This document shows positions 21,491 to 31,200 of a DNA stretch of 64,000 bases, in pieces. This DNA is from Felis catus (taxonomy: Eukaryota). The stretch is taken from the NCBI RefSeq assembly GCF_018350175.1, contig NC_058383.1, positions 5,954,001-6,018,000 of the forward strand, in the 5' to 3' direction. Position numbers and translations under genes: made by a program. The stretch's first letter is position 1. The number at the start of each line of letters is the position of its first letter. A model generated the notes under the pieces. The model was not told where the DNA came from. It ran no database searches and was given only the letters and a program-made list of their open reading frames with translations.

Positions 21491-21865
21491 TGTGCTGGGT
21501 TGAATACCTTCCGCCCCAAATTCATGTCCACGTGGCCCCTCAGTGTGACCTCAGTTATAGGGGCTTCGCAGTTAAGATGAAGTCATACTGGATTCGGGTG
21601 GGCCCTGCGTTCAGTGACCGGTGTCTTCGTAAGGGGGAGACACAGAGACACAGAGGAAGAGGTGATGTGGTCACCGAAGTAGGGATGCAGTTACTAGCCA
21701 AGGAGTGCCACCTGTGAGCTGGCAGGGGTGAGGACAGGTCCTCTCCTGGAGCCTGCAGAGAGAGCATGGCCCTTTAGATACCTGATTTTGCAGAACTGGG
21801 AGAGAATAAATTTCTGTTTTTGAAGCTGCACGGTTTCAAGGCGCTTTGCCCCAGGAAACGAACAC
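21491..21865 (+). mobile_element. MaLR solo LTR (MLT1B/C-like)
   Basis: TG...CA termini; ccccaaattcatgtccac, gtcatactggattcgggtgggccct, cagaactgggagagaataaatttctgttttt. Confidence 0.85.
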
Positions 21866-22423
21866 AGATCCCTCTCTGTTGCCAACCCACCCCCGGGGAC
21901 ATCCAGAGGGTTGTCCAGAGGGTTGCACCTTGACCCACTCTGCTTTGTCCCCTCTGTCCTCCTCCTACCCTGACACACCGCAGCCGAGACATATAGTGAC
22001 TCTCTGTGGGGAGCCTCTAGATGAGACCTCTGTGTCCAGGGGGGCCGGGGTTCGAGTCCTGCTCTGCTACTTTTTAGCCTTGCTTTGTCCTCACCTGACA
22101 AATGGGAGCAACAGCATCATGAAGGCCTGAATTCACCCACAGAGGTCTGCCTGGAGGGCCCGGCACAGAGTAGGCTCTTAGAAATAGCAGCTTCCGCTCC
22201 CCACCGTGCCCAGGTGGGGACGTGATCTGTGGAATTCACCAGGGAGGATGAGCCCCGCCCCTTGCATCACAGGATATCGTGGATGGAAAGAAGGAATGAC
22301 AGGAAGACTGTTGTAGGTCTTGCTGCAGAGGAGGATCTTTGCCCCGGCCAGCTTTGGGGGCGGGGGTATGTCTGGGCTACAGTCTAGCTTTTGGCACCAG
22401 GGGGGCACAACACGCCGTACTCT

Positions 22424-22613
22424 TAGGGTTAACAGTTAAATACGGGATGCCCAGTAAAATCAGAATTTCAGATAAACGGCAAATAATTTGGTAGTATAAG
22501 TATATCCCAAATACTGCATGGGATATACTTAATGATACCAAGGTATTTGCCGTTTATCTGAAATTAAGCGTGGTGGGGTGTTTTGTGTTTTTATTTGCTA
22601 AGTCTGGCAACCT
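22424..22613. mobile_element. MER53-like palindromic hAT MITE
   Basis: Termini tagggtt.../...ctggcaacc; internal inverted repeats 22464-22485/22544-22565 and 22497-22509/22519-22531. Confidence 0.88.
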
Positions 22614-23994
22614 TTCATTTGCTAAAGCTTGCTTCCCGCCACTAGGATTTACGGCCAGGTCTTGTGAAGAGGCCATCCACCGACCTCTTGGCTAGAGAAA
22701 CACAGAGTCATCCCCTCACCCACCTCGGCCTCTCTCCACCTCCCACAATTTGGCTCCTTGTCCGCCATGGGCAGAACACTCTTTCCCGTTACACCTACGC
22801 CCCTAAATATGAGGAATCAATGGCAATTTTAGGGAGAAAATACAGGTGTCGTGGGAGAAAGACGGAGTGAATTCAGAGTTCGTTAGGCAAGCTAATCAAG
22901 TTGTCCAGCCGTGCCTTGCTGCTTCTTGGAGCCATCTGGCCCTCCTGGATCAACGCTGGGCCCAGTGAGAGGTGTTTTTCAGTGGAGGAGGAGCACAGAG
23001 ATGCCCGCAGGTAACAGGACGGGAGACCCTGGCAGAGCCCGGAGGCCCTCGGAGTTCATCACCTCACGCAGGGCAGCAAGCTCAGTCAGGACCTCCCGCC
23101 AACTCCCATACTCCTTTTCTCTTGAGCTTCCTGCGCAGGAGAAAGAGGAGCAAAGGGCTGCCATTGGCCGAAGAGCGTCTGCTCTCCCACCGATGTGTCG
23201 TGGGCTCCTGCCACCCTTCCGGGCGGTGGGTCGGCCAGACCACATTCCTGTGCTCCCAGAGCTGATAGTCCAGACTGGGTGAGGCAGTCAGCACAGTAGC
23301 AAGGACTTTCAGAAGGACTGGCTTCCCGAGCTGCAGGACTGCTATGGCCCCCACCCAGTTCCCTGGCAGGCCCGACCCCCTCATCCACAGGGGCCAGTGA
23401 TCCATTGTCTTGGTGGGCACCCACCAGGCAAATTTATCCTTTACTTGGCTGGCACGTCAGACCCCAGGGTCAGAGAGCAGGCTCGCTTGCCCACCAGAGC
23501 CCAGCCGCTCTGGATTCTCTGGATTTCCCTCCCACCACCTCCCTTCTCCCTGCAGAGCGTACTGTCTGGGCCGAGGTGCCAAATGGCCACCCAGAAGCTG
23601 CAAAAGCTCTTCTATCCCTGTCCTGTATGTGTCTTAGCTTTGGTTCCCCAGGAGCAGACCCGGAACAAGGACTCAGGTGCAGGTGGTGACTGGGGAGGTG
23701 CGCCAGGTAGGCACGGATTAAGGAGCAGGGAGAGCAAGGCGGACAGGGAATCAGTGAGGGGAGTGTTAATGAGCGGGCTCCTGTGGGAACTGGGACTCAC
23801 GATTGTCCCACCAAGAGACTATTTAGCTACTTCTCATCCATGTTCCTTTCCTCCACAGCTGATGCTGATTCCGAGGGTGTTAAGTCCCTGGATTGCCTGA
23901 GCTTCTCTGCCCACGGGCTCGGCTCCTTCCCGGGCACCAGAGGCAAAGCTGCCAGTGTGTCCAGGGGCTGCCCGTGGGGGCGGGTGAACCCAGA

Positions 23995-24570
23995 GTCATC
24001 TTCCCAAACTGAAGCTCTGTCCCCATTAAATGCTAACTCCCCAGCCCCCTCCTCCAGCCCCTGGCAACTACCATTCTACTTCCTCTGAACATTCTACAAT
24101 CTGATTCTCCTAGGTCCTTCATATAAGTGGAATGATACAGTATGTGCATGTTTGTGCCTGGCTTATTTCATAACATAATGTCTTCAAGGTTCATCCATGT
24201 GGTAGCATGTGTCAGAATTTTCTTCCTTTTTTTTTTTTTTAAATGTTTATTTAATTTTGAGATAGGGAGCACCAGTGGGGGAGGGACAGGGAGAGAGGAG
24301 GGCAGAGGATCCAAAGCGGGCTCTGGGCTGACAGCAGAGAGCCCGATGCGGGGCTCAAACTCATGAATCGTGAGACCATGACCTGAGCCAAAGTCGGACA
24401 CTCAACCAACTGAGCCATCCAGGCACCCCTAGGATTTTCTTCCTTTTTAAAGGCTGCATAATATTCGATGGTAAGTATAGACCGCATTTTGTTTATCTAT
24501 TCACCTGTCGATGGATACCCGGCTTGCGTCTACATTTTAGCTATTATGGATAATGTGATGAACACGGGTT
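23995..24570 (-). mobile_element. L1M (L1MA/MB-like) 3' fragment, split by a SINE
   Basis: cccctggcaactaccattctactt...catataagtggaat...tcaaggttcatccatgtggtagcatgtgtcagaattt. Confidence 0.85.
24228..24429 (-). mobile_element. Can-SINE
   Basis: TSD approximately attttcttccttttt on both sides. Confidence 0.93.
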
Positions 24571-25879
24571 TACTCACCAGGGATTTCTGAAGAGACTTGA
24601 ATGAAGGGTCTGTTGACAGAGTTAGGGGCAAAATGGAAGAACCAACAAAAAATGATGATACACCCAGAGACTCCCAAGAGTGGAAAGTCATTACCACCTC
24701 CAAGGCCTGATGGGCAAGGTCAAGGAGAGGAGGTAGCAGAGTCCAGGGAGTGTTTGGGGCTGCTCAGCAGGAACTGTAGCTTCTAGAACCACAAGGAAGC
24801 AGAGGGGTGGCAGGCCCATTGGTGATGGGGCAGTGATACCCTGACATCCTTCCTCCAGCTATCTGATCTGGTGAGGCCTTCCAACAGAGCCTGGGTGTGC
24901 ACTGGTCAGCTATTGTCATTATCATGCTGGTAACGTGACATTCAGTGGCTTCAAACAACAATCACTTATTCCCACATTCAAGGATATTCCGATCAATGGG
25001 GCAGCTCTGCTCCATCTATCTCATATCTCGTCCTGTGGCCCAGCCGGTACCCAGGGCGCGTCCTTGTCGTGGCCGAATAGAAGCACAGGAAGGCAAGCGC
25101 ATTTTAGCCTGAGTTCCTCACGTCCGTTGGCTTCCCGTTGGCCAGGTCAGTGGGTGGGGAGGACCACTCTGCCTGCCACCAAGCCATGGCAAGAGCATGG
25201 GGGTGTATTTTTGTTATTGGGGAGTGAGGAAACAGGAGCGGTGATCCATCAACTAGGGAAGGGGGCGGATAGTCTTCAGAGTCAGGTTCTGGAAGCCCAG
25301 GGAGGTGGGGGTAGTTGGATGGGCAAACAGAGTGGGGAGTAGGCCCCTTCCCTCTGCAGGCTCATCCCACCCCCTCTCCACGTGAGTCTGCATAGTCCCC
25401 CCTCCCTGCCACCAGCACACATGTCCTGCAGGGACTTAGCATGTGGTGCTCTCGGCCGCCCTGGTCAGAGGCCGGAAGGGTTAACTGGAGAAGAGTGCAC
25501 TGAATCACAGAGACTTTTTCAAAGACTTGATAAATAAATCACCACTCATGTTTAATTCAAAGCCCCCGCTGCCTACAGAGAACACAGGGAAGAAGCGATC
25601 TTTCAATTAAAACAGCTCTGAGGGGCTTTCCTGCTCTCCTGGGGCTTTCTGGCCTCTCCCTCTGGCTGGAGGAGGCCCCGGCAGGGAAGGCCAGCGTGAT
25701 TCTGCAGTGATCCCAGGACAGCTTGGAACAGAACGCAGACCTCTCATGTGGGATGTCCGGGGTCCCGGCCTCGGCTCACGGGCCACCCTCCTCCCCGATC
25801 TCACTCTCCCAGATTGCCCCTTCCGGGTTCTTCTCAGAACCCGGTTTTCTCTTCGCCATAGCTCACATCCTTATGCGAA

Positions 25880-26040
25880 GTTTTTCTGTAGGTTTTCCTT
25901 GTTTCTTTATCGTCTTTCTCCCCGGCTAGAATGTCATCTCCATCAGAGCGGAAACTGGGTTCATCTCGCTCCCTGCTGAATCCCTAGCATCCAGGAGAGC
26001 ACTTAGTAACACAGTAGGTGCTCAATAGCTGTGTGTCTAT
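25880..26040 (+). mobile_element. L2 3' end
   Basis: ctagaatgtcatctccat...cacagtaggtgctcaatag. Confidence 0.7.
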
Positions 26041-26684
26041 GTTTGCGCCTTCCCACTTCTAGGCTAAACACCCCCAGCTCCTCCGTTTTCGAGCACGAAG
26101 CAGGACCTGGAGCATCTCCTCTGCTCCCTGGGTTCCCCGAGCGTAGGTCTGAGCAAGAAGGCCAGAGAAATGTGGGGCCCCATGTGGCAACAGGCCGGCA
26201 CCATGCTGAGCACTTTGCACGGATGGACCAGCCCGGCACCACCAGAGCCCATTGTACAGATGAGCAAACCAAGGCACATTGAGATAAAGTCACTTTGACC
26301 AGGTGGCACTTTGGCCAGGTGGTAAGTGTGGTGGAGGCAGGACGTGAACCCGGGCCCAGGGCGTCCAGAACAGGAACCCTGAGTCACTCTTCTCAAAGGT
26401 GAGAGCTTTTTATAACCAGCGGGTGCTGTGAGGGTTGGGTTACCACACACCTCAGGAAACCCCAAGTGGCAAAGTCAGGACTGGAGACTAAAGAGAGACC
26501 GACTATTCTTGTAGGCTGGGATCAAAATAAACTCTCAATCAATAGTTCGGACTTAAAACCTAGTCTTTCATGTTTGTCAAAAATATATCCTGTTCCCAGG
26601 ATAGCTCTCTCTTTTAGGAGTGATCTAGGTGCCAGCATTCAGCACACCTTAGGTGATTTATCTCAGCAATATCATGCAATTGAT

Positions 26685-26901
26685 ATTTTTTAAAAAGATT
26701 TTATTTTTAGAGAGAGAGAGAGAGAGAGAGAGGAAGCGTGTGAGCAGGGGAGGGGCAGAGAGAGGGAGAGAGAGAATCCCACGCAGAATCCATACTCAGC
26801 ACAGAGCCCGACTTGGGGCGGGACCTTACCAACCGTGAGATCGTGACCTGAGCTGAAACCAAGACTTGGATGCTCAGCTGACTGAGCCACTCAGGGGACC
26901 C
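26685..26901 (-). mobile_element. Can-SINE
   Basis: 12-bp TSD CATGCAATTGAT at 26673-26684 and 26902-26913. Confidence 0.95.
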
Positions 26902-27224
26902 CATGCAATTGATCCTTTAAATCTCCATTTTCTCTGTAAGAAAACTGAAGTCCCCCGAAAGTCGAATAACCCAGTCACCCCGCTTGGGAGTGTCAGAGTT
27001 CGGACCCCAGAATCATGTTCTTTCTACAGCAATCCCATAGTAATTACGCTGTTTGTTGTAATCATCCCCACCAACATTTAACGGACACTTACTGGATGCC
27101 GGACCGTGTGTTCAGCAATTAGAGTTGTTAACTCATTTGATCCTAATTACAACCCTAGGAGGCAAATACTATTTTTATCTCCACTAATTACAACCCTACA
27201 ATAAAAAAAAATTTTTATCTCCGT

Positions 27225-27401
27225 TTTATTTTTTTTCAACATTTTTTATTAGTTTACTTATTTTTAGAGAAAGAAGGAGCTGGGGAGGGGCAGAGAAAGA
27301 GGGGGACACAGGGTCCGAAGCAGGCTCTGTGCTGACAGCAGCGAGCCCAGTCCAAGGCTTGAACTCACGAACCATGAGACCATGACTTGAGTCAAAGTCA
27401 G
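27225..27401 (-). mobile_element. Can-SINE, 5' end missing (left half of a head-to-head fusion)
   Basis: Tail and body present; stops at ...gtcaaagtcag. Confidence 0.9.
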
Positions 27402-27490
27402 TAGGTTGAGCGTCTGACTTATGATTTTGGCTCAGGTCATGACCTCACGGTTTGTGACATTGAGCTCCCCTGTTGGGCTCCGTGCTGGGA

Positions 27491-27526
<36 letters not shown>

Positions 27527-27600
27527 GCCCCTCTCCTGCTCGCACTTACTTTTCTCTTTCTCTCGCACACAAAATAAGTAAATTAAAAAAAAAAAATAAA
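27398..27600 (+). mobile_element. Can-SINE, 5' end missing (right half of a head-to-head fusion)
   Basis: Begins tcagtaggttgagcgtctgact; has (CT)n and A-tail. Confidence 0.9.
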
Positions 27601-27655
27601 GATGAGGAAATTAAGGTCCAGATGGTTAAGGAACTTTTTTAAAATGTAGATTGTA

Positions 27656-27881
27656 GGGGCGCCTGGGTGGCGCAGTCGGTTGAGCGTCCGACTTCAGCCA
27701 GGTCACGATCTCGCGGTCCGTGAGTTCGAGCCCCGCGTCGGGCTCTGGGCTGATGGCTCAGAGCCTGGAACCTGTTTCCGATTCTGTGTCTCCCTCTCTC
27801 TCTGCCCCTCCCCCGTTCATGCTCTGTCTCTCTCTGTCCCAAAAATAAATAAACGTTGAAAAAAAAAATTTTTTTTTTTAA
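27656..27881 (+). mobile_element. Young felid Can-SINE (CpG-intact)
   Basis: ggggcgcctgggtggcgcagtcgg...; perfect 15-bp TSD AAAATGTAGATTGTA at 27641-27655 and 27882-27896. Confidence 0.96.
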
Positions 27882-27892
27882 AAAATGTAGAT

Positions 27893-28126
27893 TGTATTAG
27901 CATTCAGGGGTGTTGAGGCCACCAGATCAGGAGACAATTGCCATTGAAAAGATAGGTTGTTGGGGCGCCCGGGTGGCTCAGTCGGTTGAGCGTCCAACTT
28001 TGGCTCAGGTCACGATCTCCTGGTTTGTGGGTTCGAGCCCCATGTCAGGCTCTGTGCTGACAGCTCAGAGCCTGGAGCCTGCTTCGGATTCTGTGTCTCC
28101 CTCCCTTTCTGCTTCTCCCCTGCTCA

Positions 28127-28160
<34 letters not shown>

Positions 28161-28635
28161 AATAAATAAACGTTAAAAAAATTTAAAAAAGAAAAGATAG
28201 TTTGTTTCTCATAGTTCCCAAGAGGCCACGCCACACCATGCCACGCTACGCAGGTTACACGGGAAATCACTATCATTGGTCAGAAGGCAGAGGCAGTTAG
28301 GGAGAAACATGGGCAAGAGACTTTATTGTGGCTTCCAGGGGAAGGCGGGCTTAGGACTGGCTAGTTTGAATAAGTTCAGAAGGCTCCGGGGCATAGGGCT
28401 ATCGCTAGTTGTCTGGTACCTCGCTGTGGGGTAATGAGGGCAGGGGGTCGTGGCCCAGAAGGTGAGAGCCTGATAGACAAGGGGGTTGAGGGTATGAGCT
28501 CCAGACTGGTTGGTATGCATGTGAAAGACACAAGGTGAGCACTTGAGAGGCCCCAGGAATTGGCTTAGCCCTGGGATGGGCCAGTCTCTCCAGGGTCAGC
28601 AGGCTCCAGATGTCAAAACGTCAGCAGCACATGGT
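27893..28635 (-). mobile_element. MER74-like ERVL LTR, split by a SINE
   Basis: The reverse complement of 28555-28625 reads ...ttttgacatctggagcctgctgaccctggagagactggcc...ccagggctaagccaattcct, like the MER74 5' end. Confidence 0.75.
27962..28190 (+). mobile_element. Can-SINE
   Basis: TSD gaaaagataggttgtt / gaaaagatagtttgtt. Confidence 0.94.
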
Positions 28636-29553
28636 CCCCCGAGGTCACCCAACACAGGACCAGAAACCTAGGTGGGCTGGCTTCAGAGCCCATGCTCTTA
28701 GCCCGTCTACAGTGAGATTTTCTCTCTGCAGCAGAGACCTGCTAATGCAGCTTGGGAAGAGCTCAAGGGAAGTGACCGCAAACACTGATGTCTGAACAGA
28801 GATGAGCCGGGGGAGGCTGCAGGTGGGAACGGGGGGGAACAGGAGCCAGGAAGGCTGTTTGGGGCTTTCTTCAGGCAGACAAAGAGTCCCCGAGAGGCTG
28901 GTTATGAGCCAGCATTGCTGTTGTTCATACTATCATTTCAATTTGGGAGAAAACCAGCCACACCTGACGGCAACGTGAATCCCACCCCCATCACGAAACA
29001 GCCCAAACTGGATCCAACAGACCCCACTGCCTGGCTGGGTCGCATCCTGATTGTGTTCTGACACGGGAGCGTCACCACCGAGTTTCCAGATTATTTGGAT
29101 AATATGCCTTATTTGGGATAGGCAGCTGGAAGAGAGGAACAGCCTGCACTGAAATAGCAACATCTGTTGAAACCTCCCAGGAGAAAAATTCTCCTTTTGT
29201 TGTATATTAAGTCATTAAAACACAAAAAAGGAAAAGGGACATTAATTTCCCCACCATATGCAGACAATATTTTAATGCAAAGGTACCAAGGGAAGTGTCG
29301 CCTGCCTTCTGCTGACAGTCTGTGGAAGGAGTGTCAGGCAAGCGGGGGAGTGGGGTCGGGGGGGAGGGTGACCCTCCACAGGAACCAATTTGTCCCCTGC
29401 AGACGGGGGACCAAGGAGCCTGGACTGGCTCTGCTCAATCGCATATTCTGAGTTTCTTTCTGCTTCCTGGGTCTGAGCTTGGCTCGGAGCTCCGGGGTCG
29501 GGTCTGCACCGGGGTCTCGGGCTCGTGCTTAAATCATTGTCCCAGGTCCTTTT

Positions 29554-29687
29554 CTTATTTTATTTTTTTAATATAATTTATTGTCAGATTGGCTAACATA
29601 CAGGGTGTAAAGTGTGCCCTTGCTTTTTGGGGGTAGATTCCCGTGGTTCATCGCTTACATACAACACCCAGTGCTCATCCCAACAAA
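29554..29687 (-). mobile_element. Extremely 5'-truncated carnivore L1 (3' end only)
   Basis: tttattgtcagattggctaacatacag...acaacacccagtgctcatcccaacaa; TSD tcccaggtcctttt / tcccagatcctttt. Confidence 0.85.
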
Positions 29688-30210
29688 TCCCAGATCCTTT
29701 TAGAGGCCACGGTCTCCCCGAACCTGGGTTCCCTCACCTTCTGATGGCTGATTAATGACACTCGTTCTTCCTGTCCCATCGTGCTCATCCGGATCATCGC
29801 ACGCAGAGTGCGCAGTGGCTTTGTCCCAGCTGGCTCATGAAAGGTTCTCTTGTCATGCGACCCCTTGTTGCAGGGGCTTTTTGGCCCACTGCCTCTAATA
29901 CCCTCTGCCAGGGTATTAGCCCCTGCACTCTGCGTGGTGAGAGTGCAGCAAATGCACGGAGCCACTGCCTGTTTCTGTATTGAGGGAGCAAATTACCCAC
30001 GGGCCCGTGCCTCTGTCCTCTGCCTTCCCTGACTTCCTTGGTCCAGACAGAACATCCTTTCTGCTCCATCCCCTGGGCACAGGGGCCCCATCTCTGCCCT
30101 GAGCCGGACATCCGCCCAAACAGCTTCCCCAGGCAGTGCCTTCCAGGCCAGGCCAGCCCTTAGCAAAGCCTGTTTGCATCTTGAGTATCAGCCCTCACAC
30201 AGCCACTGCC

Positions 30211-30407
30211 TTTTTATTTTTATTTTTTTAAGAGAGAGAGAGAGAGAGAGAGGCAGAGGGCGGGGGACAGGGGGAGAGAGAGAGAGGCTCCCAAGCAGGT
30301 TCCAGTGCAGAACCCCCTATGGGGCTCGATCTCACGAACTGTGAGATCATGACCTGAGCTGAAATCAAGAGTTGGATGTTTAACCAACTGAGCCACCCAG
30401 GCGCCCC
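30211..30407 (-). mobile_element. Can-SINE
   Basis: TSD agccactgc(c/t)ttttt. Confidence 0.93.
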
Positions 30408-30634
30408 AGAGCCACTGCTTTTTGTGTGCCTGGGACAGCCCTCATGAGTGGATAAAAGCCAACGACTTCCTTCCAGAATGCCCTTGATGCTCCCTCTTGG
30501 GGAAACATGGTATTGGTTTTCTACCCTAGGAACAAAAAGCCTAGAACAGAATGTCGTTTGCAATGGTAGCAATCACCCCAGCAAGGATCCTGGATCTTGT
30601 TACCAGTTTACTGAGTAGTTTACCTGGGAGAGCA

Positions 30635-31030
30635 TATTAGTCAGGTTAAGCAAGGCTCTATGGCAGTAATAAATGCTCCCAAATCTCATGGCTTTAACCC
30701 AGTTGATGTTAATTTCTTGCTCACATAAGTTCCGTGGCTGGTCCGGGTGACTCCCCAGACAACCTTCCTCTATATGTTGTCCTGACGGATACAAGCTCTG
30801 TGGTCTTCAGTCTCCCCGTCAGCACGACCTTCCCAGGGAAAAGGGGTCCTGGAGAGTCACACTAGCTTTCACAGGGTTTCACATGGAAGGTCACATGACC
30901 CTGCTGCTCCCATTTCATTGGCCAAGGCAAATGACACATCCATGCCTGGTTCCAGAGGAAGGCAGGAAGGTGCAAGCATCCTCGGGGTCAGAAGGAGAGG
31001 AGAGGTGGAGGGTGGGGGGCAGTAGTAATG
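30635..31030 (-). mobile_element. Old MaLR LTR (MLT1J/K-like)
   Basis: attagtcagg...cccaaatctcatggcttta...atttcttgctcacat...catttcattggccaaggcaaatgacacat. Confidence 0.65.
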
Positions 31031-31059
31031 CCCCCCACAGCCAGCCCCTCGCAGCACTC

Positions 31060-31200
31060 ACCGTGATCCAGCTGCTGTGTGTGAACCCATTGAATCCTCA
31101 CGGCGATCTACTCTTATCCCCCTTCTACAGATGAGAAAACTGAGGCTCAGGTGAATGAAGTGACTTGCCCAAGGCCTGCACAGCCATCCAGTGGGTGCCC
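31060..31200 (-). mobile_element. MIR
   Basis: ccccttctacagatgagaaaactgaggctcag...aagtgacttgcccaagg. Confidence 0.75.
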
